64,000 nucleotides of DNA from an uncultured Gammaproteobacteria bacterium. GTDB lineage: Bacteria; Pseudomonadota; Gammaproteobacteria; Magnimaribacterales; D2472. The notes beneath the pieces were generated by a model. That model did not search any database. It was given only the letters and a program-made list of their open reading frames with translations, and was not told the origin of the DNA. The stretch lies in contig CAJXAZ010000001.1 of NCBI GenBank assembly GCA_913050015.1, forward strand, positions 10,912-74,911, in the 5' to 3' direction. Both the position numbers and the translations under genes were made by a program. Positions 49,658-59,556 of this stretch are shown here, one piece after another. Position 1 is the stretch's first letter. Each line of letters opens with the position of its first letter.

Positions 49658-50864
49658 AAATCATAAAACTTCCAATGTTTCTGAGAGAGAGCAATTTATT
49701 ATAAATGACTCTAACCAAGTTTTATTGCATTCTTTTTTAAAAGAAAGACTTGGGAGTAAAATTGATTCCTTTTTTGGAATATCCACATGCAATAGAACAG
49801 AGATTTATATTCTTGGCGACCCTGGTATTGCAAAATCCGTCTTAAGAGAAACTAGAGAATGTTTGAACATTAGTATTGATGCTAAAAACTTCTATTTTCT
49901 ATTCGACCAAGATGCCTTCATACACATGAGTAAAGTTGCGTCAGGAATTGATTCGCAAGTTCTCGGAGAGCAGGAGATATTTGGACAATTTAAAAAAGCA
50001 ATAAAGAGTGCCCAAGACCTAAAAATTATTAAACCAAGACTTCTGGCTTACTCAGACAAAGTTATTGAGATAGTAAAAAAGGCAAGAACTAAAACTGAAA
50101 TAGGTTTAAACCCTCTATCTGTGAGCGGCTTATCATTTAATTTAGTTAAGAATATTTTTGAGAAGCCTGAGGAGCAGAATATTTTGATAGTAGGTGCAGG
50201 ATCACTTGCACATGCTGTTATTAAAAATTTATTTAAAAATGGAATTGAAAATATAAGGGCGGTGAATAGAAATATTAGAGAGATAGTTATCTCTGATGAA
50301 TTCAAGGTAATGCCTGCCTCGTTGGAAAAACTTCATGATGAATTAGAAGTTGCTGATATCGTTATAGCCTCAGCAACAACAGATCTTCCTTTAATTGGAA
50401 AGGGTGCTGTAGAAAATGCTTTGAAGCTTAGAAAAAATAAACCAATGCTTCTTATAGATTTGTCAGTCCCAAGAAATATAGAAGAAGAAATAAAAAATAT
50501 TGAACAAGCATATCTTTTCTCCATTGATGATATTGAAAAAATCACCCAAGATAACTTTGGCCAGAGATCCATTGAGGCTGAAAAAGCTTTAAATATTATA
50601 GTTATAGAATCTCAAGTGGCTATACGAGAGCTTGATAAAAAGTTTCTTAAAGACAGCATAAATAAACATTTAGAAGAATTTTTAAATTCGTTATCTGAGG
50701 AAGAGATAAGCAGATTTAAGAAAGCTGAGGATTTAAAGCAGATGATTACTAACTTAGCTATTATTAAGTCAGAGAATAATATAACAACTAGAATTGCTGA
50801 ACTGGAGAGCTTAGAGTCTCACGTTATAGAGTCTATGTTTAAAAGGTATATAGATAATGCATGA
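49635..50864 (+). CDS. hemA: Glutamyl-tRNA reductase
   Basis: MELQLFGINHKTSNVSEREQF is collinear from residue 1 with E. coli MTLLALGINHKTAPVSLRE. Contains the catalytic-Cys block STCNRTEIY and the NADPH site VGAGSLA. Length 409 aa. Confidence 0.95.
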   Translation: MELQLFGINHKTSNVSEREQFIINDSNQVLLHSFLKERLGSKIDSFFGISTCNRTEIYILGDPGIAKSVLRETRECLNISIDAKNFYFLFDQDAFIHMSKVASGIDSQVLGEQEIFGQFKKAIKSAQDLKIIKPRLLAYSDKVIEIVKKARTKTEIGLNPLSVSGLSFNLVKNIFEKPEEQNILIVGAGSLAHAVIKNLFKNGIENIRAVNRNIREIVISDEFKVMPASLEKLHDELEVADIVIASATTDLPLIGKGAVENALKLRKNKPMLLIDLSVPRNIEEEIKNIEQAYLFSIDDIEKITQDNFGQRSIEAEKALNIIVIESQVAIRELDKKFLKDSINKHLEEFLNSLSEEEISRFKKAEDLKQMITNLAIIKSENNITTRIAELESLESHVIESMFKRYIDNA

Positions 50865-51942
50865 GTCAATGTTGGTAAAACTAGGGAAGCTGCAAATCAG
50901 ATTGGCTGAAATAGAGGAATTATTAATTGATTCAGAAACAATCAAGGATATGGAAAATTACACTCTTTTAAATAAAGAATTTGCAGATTTAAAACCTATT
51001 GTTGATAAATTTAAAGAATATAAAGTTGTAGTCGAAGCCATTAAAGATGCTAATGAAATCATTGAATCTGGCGATGAGGATCTAATCAGTTTGGCTGAAG
51101 AAGAGTTAAAGGAATCACTTCATAAACCAGATTTACTAGAGCAGGAATTAAAGGTGATGCTTCTTCCAAAAGACACTGCCGATGACGGATCTGCTTTCTT
51201 GGAGATTAGAGCCGGTGCTGGAGGCGACGAAGCAGGGATATTTGCAGGCGATCTTTTTAGAATGTATTCAAGACTTGCAGAAAGAGAAGGCTGGAATATC
51301 GATGTAATTGATATCAAGCAAGCAGAGCAGGGTGGCTTGAAAGAAGTTGTTGCTCAATTGGAAGGAAAGAGTGTTTTTAAAGTTTTAAAATTCGAGTCAG
51401 GAGTTCATAGGGTCCAGAGGGTTCCTGAAACAGAGTCACAGGGAAGGATTCATACATCTACATGTACAGTAGCAGTTCTGCCTGAGGTCAAAGAAGTTCA
51501 GGATATTGCTATAGATAAAAATGATTTAAGAGTTGATACATACAGGGCATCTGGAGCAGGTGGTCAGCACGTAAACAAGACCGATTCGGCTGTAAGGTTA
51601 ACTCATATCCCATCAGGTCTAGTGGTTGAGTGTCAAGATGGAAGATCTCAACATAAAAATAAAGAGAAGGCATTATCATTGCTTGCTGCGAAGCTAAAGC
51701 AACAAGAAGTGGAAAGCCAGCAAGAGAGTATTGCAAGTGAGCGAAAAATTTTAGTTGGAACAGGTGATAGAAGTGAAAAAATTAGAACCTATAACTTTCC
51801 TCAGGGAAGAATGACAGACCACAGAATTAAGCTAACCCAACATAATTTAGATCAAATTATGGATGGAGACATAAAAACCATATGTGATGCACTTATAGCT
51901 GAAAATCAATTGGCAATGTTATCCCAACTTGAATCAGAATAA
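50857..51942 (+). CDS. prfA: Peptide chain release factor 1
   Basis: Contains SGAGGQHVNKTDSAVRLTHIPSG (GGQ). Length 361 aa. The start is either the ATG at 50857, overlapping the hemA stop, or the ATG at 50869. Confidence 0.96.
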   Translation: MHESMLVKLGKLQIRLAEIEELLIDSETIKDMENYTLLNKEFADLKPIVDKFKEYKVVVEAIKDANEIIESGDEDLISLAEEELKESLHKPDLLEQELKVMLLPKDTADDGSAFLEIRAGAGGDEAGIFAGDLFRMYSRLAEREGWNIDVIDIKQAEQGGLKEVVAQLEGKSVFKVLKFESGVHRVQRVPETESQGRIHTSTCTVAVLPEVKEVQDIAIDKNDLRVDTYRASGAGGQHVNKTDSAVRLTHIPSGLVVECQDGRSQHKNKEKALSLLAAKLKQQEVESQQESIASERKILVGTGDRSEKIRTYNFPQGRMTDHRIKLTQHNLDQIMDGDIKTICDALIAENQLAMLSQLESE

Positions 51943-52770
51943 TTGAGCCCTAATCTTAATTATTATAAAAATAAAGTTGCCGATACCTGGCCCCATGATC
52001 ATGAGATATCAAAAGAGTTTATTTTTTATTTAAAAGAAGTCTTAGGCCTCAAAGACACTGCTATTTACATAGATAGAGACTATCTTTTATCTAATGATGA
52101 GCAAGGGGCTATAGAAGAATTTATTAATCATAAAAAAAATGGAGTACCTTTAGACTATATTTTAAAAAAATCTTTTTTTTATGGAAATGAGTTTCTGGTT
52201 GATAAAAGAGTTCTTATTCCAAGACCTGAAACTGAGCTTCTTGTAGATTACATAAATAATTTAAAATTCTTAGATGATATAAAAATTTTAGATGCGGGAA
52301 CTGGGTCGGGTTGCATTGGTATTTCTATTGCTATCGATAATCCAAATATCGAAGTCTATGGCCTTGATTATTCAGCTAAATCTATTGAGGTTGCCAATGC
52401 TAATAAAAATTATTTTGAGTTAAATAATTTCTCTTTGATTCATTCTGACTGGTTATCATCGATAAAAGATAGATCAATTGACATTGTTGTCAGCAATCCA
52501 CCCTATATCGACTCAGAGGACAAGCATTTAAGGGACTTAATACATGAACCGATCTCAGCCTTAGTTGCCTCTGAAGGAGGCTTAGGAGACTTTAAGGTTA
52601 TTTCTTACCAAGCTTCTTTAAAGCTCAAAAAGGGTGGGATACTGATCTTTGAGCATGGTTACCAACAGGCGAGTTACGTGTCAAACATTATGAGGGAGAA
52701 TGGTTTTAATAATATTGAGTCATTTAAAGATCATCAATCACACCTAAGAATAACTAAGGGTATAATTTAA
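51943..52770 (+). CDS. prmC: Release-factor glutamine N5-methyltransferase (HemK)
   Basis: TTG start abutting the prfA stop. SAM site LDAGTGSGCIGI and the catalytic block VSNPPYI. Length 275 aa. Confidence 0.92.
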   Translation: MSPNLNYYKNKVADTWPHDHEISKEFIFYLKEVLGLKDTAIYIDRDYLLSNDEQGAIEEFINHKKNGVPLDYILKKSFFYGNEFLVDKRVLIPRPETELLVDYINNLKFLDDIKILDAGTGSGCIGISIAIDNPNIEVYGLDYSAKSIEVANANKNYFELNNFSLIHSDWLSSIKDRSIDIVVSNPPYIDSEDKHLRDLIHEPISALVASEGGLGDFKVISYQASLKLKKGGILIFEHGYQQASYVSNIMRENGFNNIESFKDHQSHLRITKGII

Positions 52771-52774
52771 AGAG

Positions 52775-53809
52775 ATGAAATACACAGGTTACATAGAGGG
52801 ATACTACGGAAAACTTTTATCTTGGGATGAAAGAATTGAGATCATAGGCCATCTTTCTCAAAATAACCTAAATACATACTTTTATTGTCCAAAAGAAGAC
52901 CCTCAGCATAGATCGGAGTGGAAAAAACCGTATTCCCAGAATTGGCTAGACTTATTTTCAAACTTCATCAGTGTCTCTGACAAAAATGGTATTAATGTAA
53001 TTTTTGGGATATCGCCAGGATTAGATTTCAACGACTCGTTAGAGGATTTATTTTTAAAGATAAATGCAATTACTAGCTTGGGTATTAACAATGTCGCAAT
53101 TCTTTTTGATGATTTATTTGAAGATCAGTCTGGCCAAGTGCACGCAGATATTTTGAACAAATGCTTGAATAAGTTTTCTGGTGTTAGTTTTTATTGCGTC
53201 CCTTCGGAGTACTGCAGTCAACTTTCAAAACCTAATTTCAATGAAAGTGCGTATCTAGAAAATTTAGCTGCATCCCTGAGCGGTGATATACCTATTTTTT
53301 GGACAGGGGATAAGGTAGTTTCGAGCAACTACTTGAATGAAGATATATCTTTATGGAAAGAAAAATTAAAACATCCCTTAATAATATGGGACAACTTTTA
53401 TGCAAATGATTATTGCACTCCAAAAGTTGTAATTGATGATTTCTACTCTATAGATAATACAGATTTAAGCTCACTTGAAGGGATTTTGATTAATCCAATG
53501 GGCCTTATAGAGGCAGATAAAATTGCTATATCTACTTTTAGTAATAGCTTAAATAATCATCCTAAATCGTTTGATGAAATTCTAAAAGAATCAGATTTGC
53601 CAGAAAATTTTGTTGCTATAGCTAGGCTATTTAAATTTAATGCCTCTATAGATCTAGATGAAAAGGAATTAAAAATACTTGAAGGCTATCTTTGGAACTG
53701 GCATGGCAATCTTAAATCAGAGCTATATCCATATATGCATTTATTAAGAAGGATGATTGAAGATGGAGTATCTGAGGATATTCTCTTGAAAAGATTTAAT
53801 ATTTCTTAA
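52775..53809 (+). CDS. Glycoside hydrolase family 84 (O-GlcNAcase / beta-N-acetylglucosaminidase-like) catalytic domain, no signal peptide
   Basis: GH84 blocks appear in order: GYIEGYYGKLLSW, LNTYFYCPKEDPQH, FGISPG, VAILFDDL (catalytic Asp-Asp), CVPSEY, IFWTGDKVVS, IIWDNFYANDY and LINPM. The ORF starts directly at the first barrel strand. Length 344 aa. Confidence 0.8.
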   Translation: MKYTGYIEGYYGKLLSWDERIEIIGHLSQNNLNTYFYCPKEDPQHRSEWKKPYSQNWLDLFSNFISVSDKNGINVIFGISPGLDFNDSLEDLFLKINAITSLGINNVAILFDDLFEDQSGQVHADILNKCLNKFSGVSFYCVPSEYCSQLSKPNFNESAYLENLAASLSGDIPIFWTGDKVVSSNYLNEDISLWKEKLKHPLIIWDNFYANDYCTPKVVIDDFYSIDNTDLSSLEGILINPMGLIEADKIAISTFSNSLNNHPKSFDEILKESDLPENFVAIARLFKFNASIDLDEKELKILEGYLWNWHGNLKSELYPYMHLLRRMIEDGVSEDILLKRFNIS

Positions 53810-53812
53810 GGT

Positions 53813-55294
53813 TTAAGTTCCACAAAATGTTTTAAATGGTATTTCAGGATTAGGTGAAGGTAGTGCATAAGATTCATTCCCTTCATTCTCTTCATATGGA
53901 TTTATCAAAACAGAAAGTAAATTTGAAAATGGCTCCATGTCATTTTTATGAACGGCTGAAAAAAGTGCTTCTTCGACTTTATGGTTTCTGGGTATGTAAA
54001 TAGGATTAATCTTATTCATTGCACTAACTATATCCTCATCTGGAACATTCTCTTGCGAGACCCTCTCTTGCCAATGCATAAACCAAACATCAAACTTTTT
54101 AGAATTATTAAAAAGATTTCTAGCTACCGCCATATCCCCAGTAAGAGCTTTTGATAAACTTCGAAAGGCAAGAGTAAAATCGGTTTTCTCATCCTTCATG
54201 ATTTCTAAAAAGTTATTAATTAATTCATAATCTTTTGGATCTTCTTTTGATAATCCTATTTTAGATCTCATATTCATTAGCCAAAAATTTTCATAAACAG
54301 GTTTAATCAGTTGAAGGACTTCTGTAAGAAGCTTAATAGATTCTTCTTTTTCGTCATGCACAAGCGGAATCAAGGTCTCAGCTAGCCTTGTCAGATTCCA
54401 AGTTAATATTGCAGGTTGATTTGCATAGGCATATCTTCCTTGTTTATCAATGGAGCTAAAAACAGTTGCTGGATGATATTCATCCATAAAAGCACAAGGA
54501 CCATAGTCTATAGTCTCTCCTGAGATGGTCATATTATCTGTATTCATAACACCATGAATAAAGCCAACACTCATCCAATTAGCAATTAAAGAGGCTTGTT
54601 CGTTGCAGATGCCAGCAAAGAATGCCAAGTAAGAGTTTTCTACTTTTGCAGTATCTGGATAATGTCTTGCAATAGAATAATCAGCTAATTTTTTAATTTG
54701 ATCCTTATCCTCTAGCTTACTTGCATACTCAAATGTCCCTATGCGAATATGACTTGAAGCAACTCGAGTAAGAATTCCCCCTGGCAATGAAGTTTCTCTT
54801 AAGACATTTTCGCCGCTGTCTATTGCAGCCAAAGACCTAGTTGTTGGTATTCCCATGGCATGCATACTTTCGCTTATAAGATATTCTCTTAAAACTGGCC
54901 CAAGTGCTGATTTCCCATCTCCTCTTCGAGAAAAGGGAGTAATACCTGATCCTTTTAGCTGTATATCTTTTAACTGCTTATGAATATCAACAATCTCTCC
55001 AAGTAAAAGAGCTCTGCCATCTCCTAAATACGGATTAAAATTACCAAACTGATGACCTGCATATGCTTGAGCTATTGGGGTGGATCCTTCTGGAATTTTA
55101 TTACCAGAAAAAATAGACAATCCATAATCAGAACTAAAAATAAAAGGATCTAGCTCTAATTCTTCTGCGAGATCATAGTTAAATAAAAGCATTTTTGGAG
55201 ACGGCACAGGATCCGCAATACATTCTTTATAAAGCCCATTTAAATTATCAGCATAAGTATTTTGAAAATCAAATGTAGATGCTTTCTTAATCAT
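53813..55294 (-). CDS. selO: Protein adenylyltransferase SelO (YdiU/UPF0061 pseudokinase-fold AMPylase)
   Basis: Contains AYAGHQFGNFNPYLGDGRALLLGE and HGVMNTDNMTISGETIDYGP. The C-terminus is FCGT, with Cys at the antepenultimate position. Length 493 aa. Confidence 0.9.
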   Translation of the reverse strand: MIKKASTFDFQNTYADNLNGLYKECIADPVPSPKMLLFNYDLAEELELDPFIFSSDYGLSIFSGNKIPEGSTPIAQAYAGHQFGNFNPYLGDGRALLLGEIVDIHKQLKDIQLKGSGITPFSRRGDGKSALGPVLREYLISESMHAMGIPTTRSLAAIDSGENVLRETSLPGGILTRVASSHIRIGTFEYASKLEDKDQIKKLADYSIARHYPDTAKVENSYLAFFAGICNEQASLIANWMSVGFIHGVMNTDNMTISGETIDYGPCAFMDEYHPATVFSSIDKQGRYAYANQPAILTWNLTRLAETLIPLVHDEKEESIKLLTEVLQLIKPVYENFWLMNMRSKIGLSKEDPKDYELINNFLEIMKDEKTDFTLAFRSLSKALTGDMAVARNLFNNSKKFDVWFMHWQERVSQENVPDEDIVSAMNKINPIYIPRNHKVEEALFSAVHKNDMEPFSNLLSVLINPYEENEGNESYALPSPNPEIPFKTFCGT

Positions 55295-55296
55295 TT

Positions 55297-55962
55297 TTAA
55301 TCAATAAAAGTAGCGAATGAATCTATGCTGTCTCGTGATGTTCTATATTGATTAATTGGATCTTCAGTGTTCGGATAACCTATGGCAATTCCACACCAGA
55401 CCATTTCGTTGTCTGGATGTTTGACAACTTGCTTTACTGTTTTTGGATAAATAGACCAAGATTCTTGAAGGCAAACACCCAACCCTTCGTCCATTGCAGC
55501 AAGCCATAAATTCTGAAGAAACATTCCAACGTGACCCCAACCATTAGGGGCAAAACTTTTATCTATCGTCACTATCATGCCAACAGGAGCTCCAAAGAAA
55601 TTAAAATTTTCTCTAATTTGTTTCATTCTTGCATCTATATCATCCCTTTCAATAGATATAGCCTCATACATATCAGAGGCACATTCAGATCTTCTTTTTT
55701 TGTACTCATCGGCTAGAGGTTTTGGATATATTTCGTAATCTATTGCTTCCTGAACTCCATTATCAAAATTACTTACAGCCTGAGTCGTTAGTTCTTTGTA
55801 TGAATTATTAGAAACAACATATACCTTCCATGGCTGAATATTTCCTCCAGAAGGAGCTGAGTTCGCAGTTTTAAGGATTTCCTTAATCAATTCCAAAGAC
55901 ACTTCTTTGTCAATGAAACTTCTTACAGAGTATCTAGACGTGATTAATTTTTTTATGCTCAT
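55297..55962 (-). CDS. Nitroreductase family flavoprotein
   Basis: Contains SRYSVRSF and APSGGNIQPW, typical nitroreductase N-terminal blocks. Length 221 aa. It lies 2 nt upstream of selO on the same strand. Confidence 0.8.
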   Translation of the reverse strand: MSIKKLITSRYSVRSFIDKEVSLELIKEILKTANSAPSGGNIQPWKVYVVSNNSYKELTTQAVSNFDNGVQEAIDYEIYPKPLADEYKKRRSECASDMYEAISIERDDIDARMKQIRENFNFFGAPVGMIVTIDKSFAPNGWGHVGMFLQNLWLAAMDEGLGVCLQESWSIYPKTVKQVVKHPDNEMVWCGIAIGYPNTEDPINQYRTSRDSIDSFATFID

Positions 55963-56041
55963 GGCTTCCTAATAATTTTTATTAACAATTCATTGTTCCT
56001 TCTTATATAATTTATATCAATCATTTTTTAGGGGTACTTAT

Positions 56042-57658
56042 ATGATCGGAGATATGCAAAAGTGGACACCAAATGTTGCAAGCATTATTGAGCATGCTAA
56101 AAACATCTATCCAACTCAAGAAGTTATTAGCAGAATGGTATCAGGTGAGGTTCATAGGACTAACTATGAAGAGGTTTGCATTAGATCTAGAAAGCTAGCT
56201 TCTGCTTTAGAAAAAGACGGTTATAAAAACGGCGACATTATTGCAACACTAGCTTTAAATACATATAGACATTTGGAGATGTACTACGGAATCTCAGGAA
56301 TGGGTGCGGTTATCCATACTTTAAATTTCAGGCTACATCCGGATCAAGCTGTATATATTATTAATCATGCAGAAGATAAAGTTATTTTTGTTGAGACTCC
56401 TTTCATACCAATGCTAGAAGGGCTTGAAGAGCAACTTAAATGTGTTGAAAAATATATTATTCTCTGTGATGAATCTGAAATGCCAAGCACCGTCTTAAAA
56501 AATGCAATTTCCTATGAAGAATATATAAAAGATGGAGATGAAGACTATCAATGGCCAGCTTTAGAAGATGATGCTGCATGTGGTCTCTGTTATACATCTG
56601 GAACTACAGGGGATCCTAAAGGAGTTCTTTATGGGCACAAATCAAATATTTTGCATGCACAAGCTTCATTGATTGGGTTAACTGTTAGCCCTGATGAGGC
56701 AATATTAATGGTTGTTCCCTTATTCCATGTTCAAGCCTGGGGAATTCCTTTTTATGGTCCAATGTTTGGCTTAAAACTAGTTATGCCAGGGCTACAAATG
56801 GAAGGCGAACCACTTTACGATCTTATAGAGAGTGAAGGCGTCACTTTAGCCTTTGGCGTTCCTACTATTTGGATGGGACTACTTAACTATTGTAGAGATA
56901 ATGATAAAACTCTTACATCAGTTCGAAATGCAGTTATAGGCGGGTCAGCACTTTCCCTTTCTATGCTTCAAGAGTTTGATGAAGCTCATGACGTGAATGT
57001 AATCCAGGGTTGGGGAATGACTGAAATGAGTCCTTTGGGAACCTCAAATTTTCTTACACCAGAAATGAAGAAGATGAGTAAAGAGGAAAGGTATGCAGTT
57101 CAATTAAAGCAAGGCAGACCAATGTACGGGGTTGAGCTAAAAGTTGTGGATGATTCAGGTGCAGAACTCCCTCATGATGGTGAGTCGCAAGGTCATTTAC
57201 TAGTAAGAGGACCATGGGTTCTTAAGCGATATTTCAAAGCAGAAAAAGATTGCGTTGATAAAGATGGTTGGTTTGATACTGGAGATATTTCAGTCTTAGA
57301 TAAAGATGGTTATATGACTATTACAGATAGGGCTAAAGATGTTATTAAATCTGGTGGAGAGTGGATTAGCTCAATTGATTTAGAAAATGCAGCTGTAGGA
57401 CATCCCGAGGTTATTGAGGCATGTGTTGTCGGACTACCTCATCCTAAGTGGGATGAAAGACCAATGTTATTCATTGTTACCAATACTGGAGAGCCTATAG
57501 ATAAAAATAGTATTTTAGAGTTCCTTGGTTCAAGAGTTGCAAAATGGTGGCTACCAGATGAGATTATTTTCTTAAAAGAATTGCCTCATGGAGCAACAGG
57601 TAAATTACAGAAGTTTGAATTGAGAGACGAATATAATAATTACTATATGGAGAAATAA
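56042..57658 (+). CDS. Acyl-CoA synthetase (AMP-forming fatty-acid--CoA ligase family)
   Basis: Contains the AMP-binding block [22 protein letters not shown] and a C-terminal GKLQK. Length 538 aa. Confidence 0.88.
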   Translation: MIGDMQKWTPNVASIIEHAKNIYPTQEVISRMVSGEVHRTNYEEVCIRSRKLASALEKDGYKNGDIIATLALNTYRHLEMYYGISGMGAVIHTLNFRLHPDQAVYIINHAEDKVIFVETPFIPMLEGLEEQLKCVEKYIILCDESEMPSTVLKNAISYEEYIKDGDEDYQWPALEDDAACGLCYTSGTTGDPKGVLYGHKSNILHAQASLIGLTVSPDEAILMVVPLFHVQAWGIPFYGPMFGLKLVMPGLQMEGEPLYDLIESEGVTLAFGVPTIWMGLLNYCRDNDKTLTSVRNAVIGGSALSLSMLQEFDEAHDVNVIQGWGMTEMSPLGTSNFLTPEMKKMSKEERYAVQLKQGRPMYGVELKVVDDSGAELPHDGESQGHLLVRGPWVLKRYFKAEKDCVDKDGWFDTGDISVLDKDGYMTITDRAKDVIKSGGEWISSIDLENAAVGHPEVIEACVVGLPHPKWDERPMLFIVTNTGEPIDKNSILEFLGSRVAKWWLPDEIIFLKELPHGATGKLQKFELRDEYNNYYMEK

Positions 57659-57659
57659 G

Positions 57660-58121
57660 ATGTTACATGTCATAAAACCCTCAGAAATTGAGTCAGTTAT
57701 TGGAAAAGAAGTTGGAACTTCTGATTGGATTACTATTGATCAGGAGAGAATAGATAAGTTTGCTGATGCAACTATGGATAATCAGTTTATTCATGTCAAT
57801 CCAGAGCAAGCAGAACCTATATTTGGTTCAACAATTGCTCATGGTTTTCTTTCTTTATCTCTGGTAGCTGGAATACCATTTTCACAAGGAATGGGTCTGG
57901 TATTGGAAGGGACAAAAATGGGATTAAATTATGGTTTAGACAAGGTAAGATTTTTAAGCCCAGTTCCTGTTAATTCAGAAGTTAGAATAATAATGAAATG
58001 CCTTGATATAACTGAAAAAAATCCAGGACAATATCTAGCTAAAACTGAAGTAACTATGGAGATAAAAGGGGTGGCAAAACCTGCTTTTGTTGCTGAAACT
58101 CTAAGTCTTTATATACTTTAG
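57660..58121 (+). CDS. MaoC-like (R)-specific enoyl-CoA hydratase (hot-dog fold)
   Basis: Contains DQERIDKFADATMDNQFIHVNPEQA...TIAHGFL. Length 153 aa. Immediately downstream of the acyl-CoA synthetase. Confidence 0.8.
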   Translation: MLHVIKPSEIESVIGKEVGTSDWITIDQERIDKFADATMDNQFIHVNPEQAEPIFGSTIAHGFLSLSLVAGIPFSQGMGLVLEGTKMGLNYGLDKVRFLSPVPVNSEVRIIMKCLDITEKNPGQYLAKTEVTMEIKGVAKPAFVAETLSLYIL

Positions 58122-58128
58122 TTAAATA

Positions 58129-59556
58129 CTATTTTAATAGTTGCTTAAGGATTTCATTTACGCTTTGCGGATTTGCTTTTCCTTGAGTTTCTTTCATTAC
58201 TTGGCCTACAAAGAAACCGAATAATCTATCTTTACCGCCTTTGTAGGCATTAACTTGACCGGGATTATCCTCAACAATTTTCTTCGCTATGCTTTCTAGC
58301 AATGACTCATCTTGAATTTGAACAAGACCTTTTTCCTCAATTATTGCATCAACACCATCACCAGATTCCCAAACTTCTTCTAGGACTGATTTAGCAATTT
58401 TTCCAGATATAGTTTTATCTGAAATTCTCTCAATTAATACTGCAAAATTATTTGAAGTTAGCTTTGATTCATCTATCTCAATGTTATCTTTATTTAAGAG
58501 CGCGCTTACCTCACCAACAAGCCATCTTGCTACCAATGAAGAATCATCAGTTTTTAAACAAGCCTCTTCAAACATATTTGCCATAGTTTTCGAGGAAGCA
58601 ATAATTTTAGCTTCAGATTCCTCAAGTTTTATTTCACTGATATATCTTTTTTCTTTTTGTTCAGGAAGCTCTGGAAGACTTGATCTAATTTCTTCTAATT
58701 CTTTATCTGATATAACAACTGGTAATAAATCTGGATCTGGGAAATACCTGTAGTCATTAGCTTCTTCTTTTGATCTCATTGATCTTGTTTCGTTCTTAAC
58801 ACTGTCATATAGACGAGTTTCCTGAACCACTGATCCGCCTGATTCAAGAATTTTAGTTTGACGATCTATTTCAAAAGCAATTGCCCTTTCTATAAATTTA
58901 AAAGAGTTAATATTTTTAATTTCAGCTCTTGTTCCAAGCTCTAAATCATCTACTTTTTTCATCGACACATTTACATCGCATCTCATAGACCCTTCTGCCA
59001 TAACCCCATCACATATATCTAGAAATGTAACAATCTGTCTGATTGCTTTAAAGTAGGCAACTGCCTCTTTGGCGTTGGCTATTTCTGGCTCTGATACTAT
59101 TTCAAGAAGGGGAGTTCCGGCTCTATTTAAATCAATACCTGTCTCACCTTCAAATAGGTCATGCACAGATTTTCCAGCATCCTCTTCTAAATGAGCCCTA
59201 GTAATATTAACGATTTTCTCCTGACCGTTCGCAAATATCTTGATGGAACCCTTGCCCACTATAGGCATAGCCATTTGGGTAATTTGATAGCCTTTTGGAA
59301 GATCCGGATAGAAGTAGTTTTTTCTATCAAATGAAGACACTTGGTTAATCTCTGCATTTGTAGCTAAGCCAAATCGTATAGCTTTGAAAAATGCATCCTT
59401 ATTGGGTACTGGTAAAACCCCAGGAAGGCCCATATCCACTAAATCAACATGTGTATTAGGCTCAGCACCGAATCCAGTCGATGCTCCAGAAAATAGTTTT
59501 GATTTAGTTGAAAGTTGGACGTGGATTTCAAGACCTATAACTGTTTGCCATGTCAT
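58129..59556 (-). CDS. gatB: Asp/Glu-tRNA amidotransferase subunit B
   Basis: Contains VIGLEIHVQL, NRAGTPLLEIV and a C-terminal YqeY-like domain. Length 475 aa. Confidence 0.96.
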   Translation of the reverse strand: MTWQTVIGLEIHVQLSTKSKLFSGASTGFGAEPNTHVDLVDMGLPGVLPVPNKDAFFKAIRFGLATNAEINQVSSFDRKNYFYPDLPKGYQITQMAMPIVGKGSIKIFANGQEKIVNITRAHLEEDAGKSVHDLFEGETGIDLNRAGTPLLEIVSEPEIANAKEAVAYFKAIRQIVTFLDICDGVMAEGSMRCDVNVSMKKVDDLELGTRAEIKNINSFKFIERAIAFEIDRQTKILESGGSVVQETRLYDSVKNETRSMRSKEEANDYRYFPDPDLLPVVISDKELEEIRSSLPELPEQKEKRYISEIKLEESEAKIIASSKTMANMFEEACLKTDDSSLVARWLVGEVSALLNKDNIEIDESKLTSNNFAVLIERISDKTISGKIAKSVLEEVWESGDGVDAIIEEKGLVQIQDESLLESIAKKIVEDNPGQVNAYKGGKDRLFGFFVGQVMKETQGKANPQSVNEILKQLLK

